NCBI GenBank assembly: GCA_020048105.1
Contig: JAIFMW010000111.1
Location: forward strand, 1 to 42,988
Direction: 5' to 3'
DNA from: Deltaproteobacteria bacterium
GTDB lineage: Bacteria; Acidobacteriota; Holophagae; Holophagales; Holophagaceae
DNA length: 42,988 nucleotides
The stretch's first letter is position 1. Each line of letters begins with the position of its first letter. Positions 1 to 9,275 of this stretch are shown in pieces. The notes beneath the pieces are model-generated. The model was not told the DNA's origin and ran no database searches. It was given only the letters and a program-made list of their open reading frames with translations. The translations under genes and the position numbers were made by a program.

Positions 1-84
1 TTCATTTTTGGGTTTTCGCTCAAGACAGGAAAACAGCATGAACCCAGCCCATGATGGGTTTCCCCCGGAAATCCGCGAAGAACC

Positions 85-202
85 AAAAAAATTGGCCACA
101 AAGAACACAAAAAACGCAAAAGGACTTGGTGTTTTCGAAGTGAACTGACGTCAGCTCATGTCCTCATCTTTTGCGCTCTATGCGTTCTTTGTGGCTTTTT
201 TT
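85..202. repeat. Composite long-arm hairpin element A
   Basis: The left arm (95-122) is GCCACAAAGAACACAAAAAACGCAAAAG. The reverse complement of the right arm (168-195) is GCCACAAAGAACGCATAGAGCGCAAAAG, giving 12 bp and 8 bp perfect stems around an imperfect 8-nt centre. The 45-nt spacer contains the palindrome CTGACGTCAG (145-154). The element is flanked by A7 (85-91) and T7 (196-202). Confidence 0.7.
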
Positions 203-298
203 CGGTATCGACGATTGCCCAAGCCAGGCTTTATGGTCTTTCGCTGATATTTCCGAAAGAGTTCGCAGCAGCAACATCACCCAGATTTGTGGCCATAT

Positions 299-335
299 AA
301 AAACCGATCCCCAGGATTTGTCCTCCCGGGGATCG
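299..335 (-). terminator. Intrinsic terminator of pckA
   Basis: CGATCCCC/AGG (305-315) pairs with CCT/GGGGATCG (322-335) with a CCC bulge. On the minus strand the stem is followed by G-TTTTT. It lies about 25 nt past the pckA stop. Confidence 0.7.
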
Positions 336-358
336 TTGTCCAAACTGATTTTCTGTGC

Positions 359-2005
359 TCAGGCCAGTTTGGCCAAGACATCTTTCAAGGCTTCCAAAGC
401 ATCAACCGGCAATTTGTCCGATCCGCCCAGTTCCGTATCTCGGCTCTGCACGAAGGCCAACCGATCAGCCATGCGCTTTTTGAACTCCGCACGGTAGGTT
501 GGGTCATTGAGATCCGCCGGGAAGCCCGGCCAATCCAGAATCTTCAGGTCCTGGAAGGGCTGCCAGGGCTTGAAATCGGCCTTGCCTTCCACGATGGCTT
601 CCAGAATGCCGAGGGTATCCGCAGGCTGCACCTTCTTGCCCATGAACGACCCGGTGTTCAGCACGTAGCAGGCGACACCATCGGCGATGAGGGTCTTGAA
701 GCGGTCGTAATCCAGCGCTAGCTGGTAGGTCCGGAAGGGGTTGGCATAGGGCTCCACCACCAACGCGTTAGGGTCCACGCCCGGCGCCAAACGCTCAGCA
801 GAGCTGCGTTTCGTGGCCAAGGTCGCCCCAAACACGGAGCCGAGACTCGGGCCTTCCAGTTTCACCACCGGCGGCAGCGTTTCATCCTTCATCAGCCAGA
901 AAATAGCGTTGATGGGTTCATTGATACGATCCACACGGTTGGGTGACCACAGCCGGGACTTCACGGCCCGACCATTGCCATTGCGCAGATCCTCACTCAC
1001 CACGCGCAGCGAACCATCGGGGTAGCGCGTTGCACCATTGTTCTGCAAGGTCAGAATGAACTTGTTGTCCTCGCAATCCATCGGGTAGTCCTGCGTCTTG
1101 TCGAAGTAAGCAGGCTCCAGGGCAATGGAATATTTTTCCTTCACGTTGATGATGAAGGCGTCGTCATGCACCACGGTAATGTCGTATTTGTTGTTGTGGC
1201 GAGCGTGGGTGATCGTCGATTTACCCGAACCCGAAAGGCCAAACACAGCGGCCACGTAGCTCTTATCACCGGCAAGGCTGTAGCGCTTCATGCCGCCATG
1301 GCAGGAAGCGTAACCGTGCCGAGCCGCAAGATGCCAAGCCATGGTCAGGGTGCCCTTCTTGTGCTCGCCAAAGTACCGCATGCCAAGGAGAGCAAGCGTG
1401 TTGTGTTCACTATCGAAGAAACTCAGACCCATGGGGTGATCCGGGTGCGTCCAATCCGGGTCCGAAAAGACAATAATGTCGCCCTCGGGATAGGGTTTGG
1501 ATTCGGAATACCGAGCCGCATAGACATCATTGATCCACTGGAAGTTGAGCATCCAGCTGTAAAGAAGATTGGCGTGCTCCTCGGGAATGACAAGGCGCGC
1601 CTTCACCATGAAGTCCTCGTCCAGACCCACCACCACTTGGCCCGTGATCATCTTTCGCTTGCGGGTCTGATAAATGGCCTCAACCAACTTGTTATACAAA
1701 GCCCCCTTGTCGACACCCGGCCAACCAAGGATTTGGCGAGCCGCTGCAGCGCGACCGGAGACGGCGCCATCATTCATCAACAGGGCCTTGGCGTCCTCAG
1801 GCAATCCGAGCACTTCGGGTTTGTAGACGGGCATCCCATCCAGAATTACAGTGCCAGGAGCCTGCGCCGCCAAGCGATAGGCCTCCGCCACGGTGGTGAT
1901 GGGACGCACGTTATTGCCATAAAACGCGGTCTCGACCGTGGTGCGGATCTGTGAGCTGATCTGCTTGAAGCCGTCCTTGCCTGGATAGGCGCCGATGGTT
2001 GCCAT
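359..2005 (-). CDS. pckA: Phosphoenolpyruvate carboxykinase (ATP)
   Basis: The long ORF contains the kinase-1a loop FGLSGSGKST and PEPCK-type blocks (GMRYFGEHKKG, VVHDDAF). The start was moved to the ATG at 2005 (MATIGAY), which follows AAGGAG by 8 nt. Confidence 0.88.
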   Translation of the reverse strand: MATIGAYPGKDGFKQISSQIRTTVETAFYGNNVRPITTVAEAYRLAAQAPGTVILDGMPVYKPEVLGLPEDAKALLMNDGAVSGRAAAARQILGWPGVDKGALYNKLVEAIYQTRKRKMITGQVVVGLDEDFMVKARLVIPEEHANLLYSWMLNFQWINDVYAARYSESKPYPEGDIIVFSDPDWTHPDHPMGLSFFDSEHNTLALLGMRYFGEHKKGTLTMAWHLAARHGYASCHGGMKRYSLAGDKSYVAAVFGLSGSGKSTITHARHNNKYDITVVHDDAFIINVKEKYSIALEPAYFDKTQDYPMDCEDNKFILTLQNNGATRYPDGSLRVVSEDLRNGNGRAVKSRLWSPNRVDRINEPINAIFWLMKDETLPPVVKLEGPSLGSVFGATLATKRSSAERLAPGVDPNALVVEPYANPFRTYQLALDYDRFKTLIADGVACYVLNTGSFMGKKVQPADTLGILEAIVEGKADFKPWQPFQDLKILDWPGFPADLNDPTYRAEFKKRMADRLAFVQSRDTELGGSDKLPVDALEALKDVLAKLA

Positions 2006-2106
2006 TACCTCTTCTCCTTTTGGAAATCCGGTGAGTCGATCCGTGAAGCTGCCCAGTTCCGAGCGGATTGGGCGAATTCCCGGCATCGGCGTTAATACCG
2101 CCTATC

Positions 2107-3516
2107 TTAGCGGGTTCCGACCGATGTGCGCGCCAGATTGGCTTTTGCAACTTCCAAAAAGCGAGCCCGAGCCAATCCGTGATCAATGATGGGCTCGGAA
2201 TAGACCACGGAGCGTCGAAGGCACTCGGGTGCCTTCCAGGGGCTATGAATCCACTTCGCGGGCATGGCGCGTAGCTCCGGTATCCAGCGCTTCACGTACT
2301 CGCCTTCCGGGTCGAAGCGCTCGCCCTGGGCCGTGGGGTTGAAGACGCGGAACCACGGCTGGGCATCAACACCGCACCCTGCACTCCATTGCCAGCCCAT
2401 GTTGTTGTTGGCCCAGTCGCCGTCCACCAGCCACTTCATGTAATGGGCCTCACCGTATCGATAATCCTGAAGCAGGTGCTTTGTAAGGAAACAGGCGGCC
2501 ACCATGCGGGCACGGTTATGGACAAAGCCTTCGGCGAGCAATTGCCTGGCTGCAGCATCCACCACGGGGTACCCGGTGTGCCCGGTTTCCCAGGCGTGTC
2601 GCGCCTCGTCATCGCGCCGCCAGGGGAATGCGGAGAAAGCCTCCCGAAATGGCAGCCGCACAAGCCATGGCTTTTCCGCCAGGAGATGGTGCGCAAATTC
2701 CCGCCAGAGCAACTGGTTTTGGAAGCAAAGCGTATCCTCCGAGGGGGCATCGCATTTAGATACTGCATGCCAAAGGCTGCGCACCGAAAGAGTGCCGAAA
2801 TGCAGATCCACCGATAGCCGAGAGGTCCCTTCCTGATCCATACGATCTCGGGCAATTCGATAATCCTTAATACCACCCTCGAGGAAGGTTGCCAGCCGCT
2901 CACGTGCGACAGTTTCGCCACCCTGGAGCAGGTTCGGATTCGGCACAATGCCCAGGCCCACAAGCCCCGGCAGATCGATCCCCATTGTTTCCAGTGGAGG
3001 TAATTCACGGGGCGCCTCGAGTGGGCAGCTCACGGCTATTTGTCGATGAAAGGAGCGTGCAAAGGGCGTAAAAACGTGGTACGGGGTTCCACTCCCGGTT
3101 CGCAAGGAGCCATCTGGAGTAAGGGTTTCGCCTTCAAAAAGGCGGAAGGGGATCCCGTCGCGGCCCAGGGCTGCTTCGATCTGACGATCTCTTTCCACAC
3201 CAAAAGGCTCGCTCCAGCGATGGGCCAATACTTGATCCACTTTCCAAAGGCTGGCAAGGGCGGGAATGCGTTCCACACTGCGCCCTTCGAGTACAACCAA
3301 ACGAGATCCCCGACTGCGAAGGCTCTTTGCTAAATCCTGAAGGGAATCCAATAGAAATTGCATGCGATGAGGCAGCGCTTGAGCCTTCTCCGCAGCAAAG
3401 AAAAAGGAATCCGCAATGAAGACTGGAATCACTTCACCCTGCGAACACGCTTGAAACAGAGGAGCGTGATCCTCAACGCGAAGATCCTTGCCTCGAAACC
3501 ACACCATGCTGCGCAT
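2107..3516 (-). CDS. phr: Deoxyribodipyrimidine photolyase / cryptochrome family
   Basis: The N-terminus reads VWFRGKDLRVEDHAPL. FAD-binding blocks are present: TGYPVVDAAARQL, HNRARMVAACFL, DGDWANNNMGWQW and FNPTAQGERFDP. The start is ambiguous (GTG 3522, ATG 3516 or ATG 3507). Confidence 0.9.
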   Translation of the reverse strand: MRSMVWFRGKDLRVEDHAPLFQACSQGEVIPVFIADSFFFAAEKAQALPHRMQFLLDSLQDLAKSLRSRGSRLVVLEGRSVERIPALASLWKVDQVLAHRWSEPFGVERDRQIEAALGRDGIPFRLFEGETLTPDGSLRTGSGTPYHVFTPFARSFHRQIAVSCPLEAPRELPPLETMGIDLPGLVGLGIVPNPNLLQGGETVARERLATFLEGGIKDYRIARDRMDQEGTSRLSVDLHFGTLSVRSLWHAVSKCDAPSEDTLCFQNQLLWREFAHHLLAEKPWLVRLPFREAFSAFPWRRDDEARHAWETGHTGYPVVDAAARQLLAEGFVHNRARMVAACFLTKHLLQDYRYGEAHYMKWLVDGDWANNNMGWQWSAGCGVDAQPWFRVFNPTAQGERFDPEGEYVKRWIPELRAMPAKWIHSPWKAPECLRRSVVYSEPIIDHGLARARFLEVAKANLARTSVGTR

Positions 3517-3622
3517 CCACACAGCCTAACGCTTTCACTGATATATGAGGGCGACTTCGGAAATTGACGAGATCCGTGGCATTATCGTGACGTGCCTGAA
3601 TGGCAAAGGAGCCGTTTTGTCC

Positions 3623-3949
3623 ATGACTGACGCATGCGCCATCCTCACAACCTGCGGAAGCGAAGAAACGGCCCTCACCATCGCGGCCGCTCTTGTCGAC
3701 CAGGGCTATGCAGCATGTGTGAGCATCCTTCCTGGCGTCAAAAGCTATTATTACTACCAGGGCGGGACTCACCTCGACGAGGAGGTCATGCTCATCATCA
3801 AGACAACCCAAAACCAATTTCAGGCGATCTCCCAGACCATTGCCGAACTGCACACCTACGAAGTACCTGAGATATTGATGTTCCCAGCCGAAGCAGGATC
3901 AGCTCAATTCCTCCAATGGCTCCAGAAATCAACACCCCAACAAAGCTAA
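3623..3949 (+). CDS. cutA: Divalent-cation tolerance protein CutA
   Basis: From MTDACAILTT the sequence follows the CutA1 pattern (ILTTCGSEE...LAACVSILPGVKSYYYYQG...IIKTT...HTYEVPEIL). The upstream part of the 134-aa ORF is probably not translated. Confidence 0.8.
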   Translation: MTDACAILTTCGSEETALTIAAALVDQGYAACVSILPGVKSYYYYQGGTHLDEEVMLIIKTTQNQFQAISQTIAELHTYEVPEILMFPAEAGSAQFLQWLQKSTPQQS

Positions 3950-3961
3950 GAGGAAAAAGCC

Positions 3962-4930
3962 ATGGAACAGACACTAACCGGAGAATTCCTAAGGGTTGTC
4001 GAACAGGCCGCCATTGCTTGCGCTCGCAGCATCGGCCACGGCGACCGCAAACACAGTGATCACCTGGCCGTGGAAGCCATGCGCGTAGCCATGGAAACCA
4101 TTCAGATGGATGGCACCATCGTCATCGGCGAAGGCGAACGGGACGAAGCGCCCATGCTCTACGTGGGCGAAAAGGTCGGCATGGGCATGGGGTTTCCCTC
4201 CGTCGATATCGCCGTAGATCCCCTCGAAGGCACCAACCTCTGCGCAACGGGTGCGGCCAACGCCATCGCAGTGCTCGCGGCTTCGGAAAAGGGCGGTTTG
4301 CTGCATGCCCCGGATCTCTACATGAACAAGCTCGTGGTCGGCCCCGCCGCCAAAGGCATGGTCCACCTCGATGCGGAAGTGGGCGATAACCTCAACGCCA
4401 TTGCCAAATCCCTTCACCGCAAGGTGCAAGACATCACGGTAGTGGTCATGGACCGTCCTCGCCACGACAAGCTGATCGCCGATATTCGCCATGCCGGTGC
4501 TCGCATCGAGCTCATCGGGGATGGCGACCTGAGCGCCGCCATCGCTGCGGCTGTCAGCGGCACCGGGGTGCATGCGGTCATGGGCATCGGCGGTGCGCCC
4601 GAAGGCGTCCTTTCCGCAGCGGCCTTGAAGTGCCTCAACGGCGAAATCCAAGGCCGACTCATGGTTGACACCAATACGGCCAGCCGCGAGAAAGCCGAGA
4701 GCATGGGAGTGGATTTCGACCGCATCTACATGACCAACGATTTGGCACCGGGCGAGCACATTATCTTTGCCGCCGCTGGCGTCACCAACGGCAACCTGCT
4801 CAAGGGCGTGCGCTTTTTTGGCGATGGTGTGCGAACCAGCAGCCTGATCCTGAATTACAGCCCTCGCCGCGTGCGATTTGTGGAAACCGTCCACGTCGAA
4901 GCTGGGGACCATATCGCCATTCGGTTCTAG
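3962..4930 (+). CDS. glpX: Fructose-1,6-bisphosphatase class II
   Basis: GlpX blocks are clear: RGDxxxADxxAVEAMR-like [40 protein letters not shown] and the C-terminal RSSLIL-type region. Confidence 0.92.
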   Translation: MEQTLTGEFLRVVEQAAIACARSIGHGDRKHSDHLAVEAMRVAMETIQMDGTIVIGEGERDEAPMLYVGEKVGMGMGFPSVDIAVDPLEGTNLCATGAANAIAVLAASEKGGLLHAPDLYMNKLVVGPAAKGMVHLDAEVGDNLNAIAKSLHRKVQDITVVVMDRPRHDKLIADIRHAGARIELIGDGDLSAAIAAAVSGTGVHAVMGIGGAPEGVLSAAALKCLNGEIQGRLMVDTNTASREKAESMGVDFDRIYMTNDLAPGEHIIFAAAGVTNGNLLKGVRFFGDGVRTSSLILNYSPRRVRFVETVHVEAGDHIAIRF

Positions 4931-4943
4931 ATCTTTTCTTTAC

Positions 4944-4988
4944 CGTCACCGAATCGTTTCCCAACCGTCTCCATTCCGAAAGGATAAT
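4944..4988 (+). promoter_or_regulatory. Putative Pho-box array and -10 element upstream of phoB
   Basis: Four heptamers lie at an exact 11-bp period: CGTCACC (4944), CGTTTCC (4955), CGTCTCC (4966) and CGAAAGG (4977). GATAAT follows at 4983-4988, about 10 nt after the third unit. GAGGGA and the ATG at 5007 come next. Confidence 0.55.
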
Positions 4989-5006
4989 GAGACGTGAGGG
5001 ACGACA

Positions 5007-5711
5007 ATGGTGAGGGTTCTGGTCATCGAGGACGAGCGAGATCTTCAGCAGGTGCTGGCGTATAACCTGCGCAAAGAAGGCTATGAGGTGCTCCAGGCCG
5101 TGGATGGCCTCGAGGGGCTTCGAACCGCTAAAATTCACCATCCCGACATGATTTTGTTGGACCTGATGTTGCCTGATTTGCCAGGCACCGAGGTCTGCAA
5201 GGGACTCAAGGCCGACCCCACCACACGGGATATCCCGGTTCTCATGCTTACCGCCAAGGGTGAGGAAATCGATCGGGTACTTGGTTTCGAGCTGGGGGCC
5301 GAAGATTACGTCGTCAAACCCTTCAGTGTTCGAGAACTGCTGCTGCGTATTCAAGCCATCCTGCGACGGACGCATGGGGCCAAGTTGTCCAACCCTGAAG
5401 ATGCCCTGACTTTTGGCCGGTTGCGCATCGACACCGCCGCTCATCGCGTCTGGGTGGATGATGTTGAAGTACAGCTCACCTCCATCGAGTTCCGCCTTCT
5501 GGTCATGCTCTACGAGCGGCGCAACCGCGTTCAAACCCGCGCCTCGCTCCTAGAGGACGTCTGGGGACTGCAAGCGGATACGGAAACACGCACCGTGGAC
5601 ACGCACGTCAAGCGTCTGCGAGAAAAACTTGGGGCTGCTGAGGCCTATATCGAAACGGTGCGCGGCGTTGGCTACCGCTTTGCCGCCAGCCCTGATGAGG
5701 TTCATGCATGA
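5007..5711 (+). CDS. phoB: OmpR/PhoB-family response regulator
   Basis: A receiver domain (VLVIEDE...DMILLDLMLPDLPG...LTAKG...KPFS) is followed by a winged-helix trans_reg_C domain (LTSIEFRLLVML...VDTHVKRLREKL...VRGVGYRF). It overlaps the downstream kinase gene by ATGA. Pho-type repeats lie upstream. Confidence 0.8.
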   Translation: MVRVLVIEDERDLQQVLAYNLRKEGYEVLQAVDGLEGLRTAKIHHPDMILLDLMLPDLPGTEVCKGLKADPTTRDIPVLMLTAKGEEIDRVLGFELGAEDYVVKPFSVRELLLRIQAILRRTHGAKLSNPEDALTFGRLRIDTAAHRVWVDDVEVQLTSIEFRLLVMLYERRNRVQTRASLLEDVWGLQADTETRTVDTHVKRLREKLGAAEAYIETVRGVGYRFAASPDEVHA

Positions 5712-7483
5712 GCATGGGAATTCGCGGCAAGCTCTTTCTCATTTCAATGGGACTGATTGTGTCGGCCCTGGTGGTCGCAGATCTGGTTTTGACGTCATCT
5801 CTGGATCGCAGCCTTACGGACCGAGTGCGAGCCGATCTCGGAGTGCGTGCGGTCCTCGCAGAACAAACCATCTCCCAATTAGCCCAAACAACGGCCACTC
5901 ATGCCGATGGGCATTGGCAAACGCTGGCCGTTGATCTTGGCCTTCGGAGCAAAGCTAGGATTACTGTCATCTCGCTAACGGGTGAGGTACTCGGTGATTC
6001 CAGTCTCAATGAAAACGCGGTCTCCAAAGTTGAAAATCATTTAGAACGACCCGAAGTCAGCGAGGCTTTGGCTCGCGGACATGGTGCCAGCATTCGCTAT
6101 AGCAGTACCGTCGAACAGCGCATGATGTATGTCGCCGTACCGTTTTATCGTCAGAGTCATCAAGCCGGCGTTTTGCGAATCGCCCTGCCACTCTCGCAAG
6201 TTGATCGTGCCGTTCAGGATCTCCGCAAGATTCTGGTGGCGGCTTCGCTACTGGCATTGGGCGTCGCCGGATTGATCTCCACTCTGGCCACCCGCCGCAT
6301 CAGTCACACCCTTCGGCAACTCGCCCAAACGGCTGGCCGCATGGTCGGTGGTGATCTGGGTGAGCGTACCCATACCGCCGGTCATGACGAAATTGCGACC
6401 CTCGGTAAAAGCCTGGATCATCTCGCCGCCAACCTCTCCCATACTCTCGATCAACTGCGAACCGAGCGAGATCTTCTGGGCGATATTCTCGGCGGAATGC
6501 AGGAAGGCGTGCTGGTGCTCGATGCGAAGGGCCACGTTATCCACGCCAATCCAGCCCTACGGGCCATGCTGCTGCTGGCCGCTGACATTATCGGCAAGCC
6601 GTTGCTCGATGTCATCCGCAATGCAGACCTCGTAGAGATACTCGGTGACGCCCGAGAGGACAAAGCCACCGCCACTGGTGAAGTCGAACTCTCCGGCATC
6701 AAACCCAAACGCCTCTTGGTTCAGGCCGCACCCCTCCAGGGCGGCACTGGCAATCTGCTCATGGTGCTCGTTGATGTCACGCAATTGCGCCAACTAGAAT
6801 CCATCCGCAAAGATTTCGTCGCCAACGCTTCCCATGAATTGCGCACACCCGTGGCTTCGCTACGATCCGCCGCCGAAACCCTGCGTGGCGCCATGAATGA
6901 TCCCGAGGCATCTCAGATGTTTTTGGAAATGATCGAACGCAACGCTGGCCGACTGCATCAATTGGTCGAGGATCTTCTGGACCTCTCCCGCATTGAATCC
7001 AAGGAATTTCACCTTCAACTCGAAAATCTAGACCTCACGACTTTTGCTGAGCAGATGTTGCACGCCTATGCGCGCCTGGCCCAGGACAAAACCATCCAGA
7101 TGGATGTCAGCTCCTCAGCCCCCGGAATCATGGCCCGAGCGGATCGACGCGCCTTGGAGCAGGTGATGGGCAATCTCCTGGACAACGCCATCAAGTATTG
7201 CCCTTCGGCCTCCAAGATCCAGATTCATGTCGAGTCCCAAGGGGAACGTACTCGAGTTTCGGTATCCGATACAGGTCCGGGCATTCCGCCCCAGCATCTG
7301 CCCCGCCTTTTTGAGCGTTTCTACCGAGTTGACGCCAGCCGTTCCCGCGAGCTTGGCGGCACCGGCCTCGGCCTCGCCATCGTCAAGCATCTCGTAGAAG
7401 CCATGCGGGGAACGGTGACCGTGGAAAGCGATGCCGGCAAAGGCTCCACGTTTTCCTTCACGTTGCCAAAGGCGACCTCGTAA
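5708..7483 (+). CDS. phoR: Sensor histidine kinase, PhoR-like
   Basis: The order is N-terminal TM, an extracytoplasmic segment, a second TM/HAMP, a PAS-like region, HisKA ([12 protein letters not shown]) and HATPase_c (N-box [10 protein letters not shown]-boxes DTGPGI and [11 protein letters not shown]). It is coupled to phoB. Confidence 0.8.
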   Translation: MSMGIRGKLFLISMGLIVSALVVADLVLTSSLDRSLTDRVRADLGVRAVLAEQTISQLAQTTATHADGHWQTLAVDLGLRSKARITVISLTGEVLGDSSLNENAVSKVENHLERPEVSEALARGHGASIRYSSTVEQRMMYVAVPFYRQSHQAGVLRIALPLSQVDRAVQDLRKILVAASLLALGVAGLISTLATRRISHTLRQLAQTAGRMVGGDLGERTHTAGHDEIATLGKSLDHLAANLSHTLDQLRTERDLLGDILGGMQEGVLVLDAKGHVIHANPALRAMLLLAADIIGKPLLDVIRNADLVEILGDAREDKATATGEVELSGIKPKRLLVQAAPLQGGTGNLLMVLVDVTQLRQLESIRKDFVANASHELRTPVASLRSAAETLRGAMNDPEASQMFLEMIERNAGRLHQLVEDLLDLSRIESKEFHLQLENLDLTTFAEQMLHAYARLAQDKTIQMDVSSSAPGIMARADRRALEQVMGNLLDNAIKYCPSASKIQIHVESQGERTRVSVSDTGPGIPPQHLPRLFERFYRVDASRSRELGGTGLGLAIVKHLVEAMRGTVTVESDAGKGSTFSFTLPKATS

Positions 7484-7625
7484 AGAGTGTTCGTGGCAGT
7501 TTCATGGCCCAGGTCCTAATGGCACCGAGGACACGGTCTGTCATCCGCGATGCGGAAGCGAGGCCCCCTTCACTACAACGTGAAAACGGAGATAGAATCT
7601 CCGACATCAATTCCAAGGAGCTTCC

Positions 7626-7934
7626 ATGCCAGTGAAACCCAGCAACAAGGAAGAAGAACATTTTGCACAAATGGAGTTTGAGCGTCGGAAGCACTTGGCA
7701 AATGCTCTGGCTGAGCAATTGGCTGCCAAAGAGCGGGATGAACTCAGGGTCCTTCACTGGATGCACTGCCCTAAAGATGGATCGGAGCTCTTAGAAACCA
7801 CACTCCAAGGCGTGAAAGTTGATATCTGCTCGACCTGCGGCGGCATGTGGCTGGATGCAGGTGAACTCGATACTCTGACGGAAGCCGACAAGTCCGGAGT
7901 CCTGGGCAGTTTCCAAAAACTCTTCCGCCGATAA
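7626..7934 (+). CDS. Zinc-ribbon (zf-TFIIB-like) domain protein
   Basis: AAGGAG lies 5 nt before the ATG. The motif CPKDGSEL...GVKVDICSTCGGMWLDAGELD matches the CxxC...CxxCxGxWLDxGEL zinc-ribbon pattern. Confidence 0.65.
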   Translation: MPVKPSNKEEEHFAQMEFERRKHLANALAEQLAAKERDELRVLHWMHCPKDGSELLETTLQGVKVDICSTCGGMWLDAGELDTLTEADKSGVLGSFQKLFRR

Positions 7935-7963
7935 ACCTCCGAAGCGCACTGCATGCCGTTGCG

Positions 7964-8287
7964 ATGAAACCCAATTTCATCCATCTAGACTATTTCATCG
8001 CCAGCACCACCACCGTACTGCTGCTACTGGGCTTGGTCTTTGCGCGCATCGAACCCTTCTACGAATCGATTTTCTTTCTGGTTGTAGGCAGTTTTCTGCT
8101 GCTCTTCCTCATGTTTCTCATCCGAGACATGGATAACCCTTTCGGCAATTACGAGAATTCATCCTCCGAAGATGTGTCGCTGAATCCGCTTGAGGCTGCT
8201 CTATCGGATCTTCAGGCCCGGGTGGCGGCGGAGCGATTGCGGGTCTCGGGTGACCTCACTCAGGATAGTGAACCCCAACCCGGGTGA
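7964..8287 (+). CDS. Small membrane protein resembling the C-terminal half of DUF4239 proteins
   Basis: Two predicted TM helices are followed by LIRDMDNPFGNY. Codon third positions look coding. There is no clear SD, and the protein is much shorter than I recall for this family. Confidence 0.45.
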   Translation: MKPNFIHLDYFIASTTTVLLLLGLVFARIEPFYESIFFLVVGSFLLLFLMFLIRDMDNPFGNYENSSSEDVSLNPLEAALSDLQARVAAERLRVSGDLTQDSEPQPG

Positions 8288-8322
8288 TAATTAGGCCTTC
8301 CCGCACAACCAAAGGTTCTGCC

Positions 8323-9027
8323 ATGTCTCATGAATCGGCACGCCACGATCCCAGACTACAAACCCAATTGCTGGCAAGCATTCCCGATATTCCGCGGTAC
8401 GTGTATGTGAGGGCGCTCCTCCTGGACCCTGCGAGCGTGGTCGTCGGGTCACTGCAGGGAGCCGTTGTCCTTAGCTCCACGGGTCCGTTGGCCTTCGTAC
8501 ACGGCGAACCACCCAGGGATCTGCTCAGCAGCGTCCTGAAGGATGACCTGGAGGTGCTTTCGTTACGACCCATCGAAGGGCTTCCTGCGGGTTGGATTTG
8601 GGAACGTGGAACCCTGATGACACTCGGGGCTGATGATCGGTTTCAACAAGTTGGGGAGGCCATGGACCCGGTCGTGCCCCTGACCCGCGAATTGCTGGAG
8701 ATGGTGCCTGATCCACTGCGGCAGGAACTCGGGATCGCCTTCGAGACGGGCTCGGTCATGTGTATGGTCGTGGACGGCCAACCCGTTTCCTTCGCATCAG
8801 CACCGCTTTGCAGCGAATCCTATTTCGATCTCTCGGTCGATACTCTCGAGGCATTTCGGAACCGCGGCTACGCGCGCTTTTGCGCCTCTGCGGTTATGCG
8901 AGCTGAAATGGACAAAGGGCGCAACCCTGTCTGGGGTGCCAAGGATTCCAACCTGCCCTCCCTGCGGGCCGGGCAATCCCTCGGGTTCATTCCCCGAGAA
9001 CACCTATGGTTGGCCACCAAGGCCTGA
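8323..9027 (+). CDS. GNAT-family acetyltransferase-like protein
   Basis: The C-terminal block RNRGYARFCASAVMRAEMDKGRNPVWGAKDSNLPSLRAGQSLGF resembles the GNAT_acetyltran type. The start was moved to ATG 8323 because the ORF-track start is the GTG overlapping the upstream stop. Confidence 0.6.
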   Translation: MSHESARHDPRLQTQLLASIPDIPRYVYVRALLLDPASVVVGSLQGAVVLSSTGPLAFVHGEPPRDLLSSVLKDDLEVLSLRPIEGLPAGWIWERGTLMTLGADDRFQQVGEAMDPVVPLTRELLEMVPDPLRQELGIAFETGSVMCMVVDGQPVSFASAPLCSESYFDLSVDTLEAFRNRGYARFCASAVMRAEMDKGRNPVWGAKDSNLPSLRAGQSLGFIPREHLWLATKA

Positions 9028-9275
9028 ATCACCTGGGATTCTGCCCTCGGTGTTTGGGGGGTGGATCGGAACCACGAGCGTCACGGCGCTGGGGTCTCGA
9101 GGGGCCGCCGACCCGCGAAACAGCCAATAGCAATCTTTTTGATTTGTGAGGGAATCCGCAATCCTCACCCTGACGGCCAGAACTGTCACGTGCATTTGGC
9201 TTGGCCGCCACGATCGATCTTCATCCTAATGGCATGACGAATAATGCGACCCTCGCCTTGCCCAAGGATTTCTAT

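Noticed and set aside
171-721. Plus-strand ORFs 171-497 and 287-721 at the left end.
   Set aside because: They start inside hairpin element A or the pckA terminator region and run antisense into pckA. They have no SD and implausible composition.
9028-9275. Isolated CGTCACG and CTGTCAC hexamers or heptamers upstream of the EAL gene, and similar single hits near 22400, as Pho boxes.
   Set aside because: Single copies of a 6-7-mer are expected by chance in 43 kb of GC-rich DNA. No 11-bp-periodic partner units are present.
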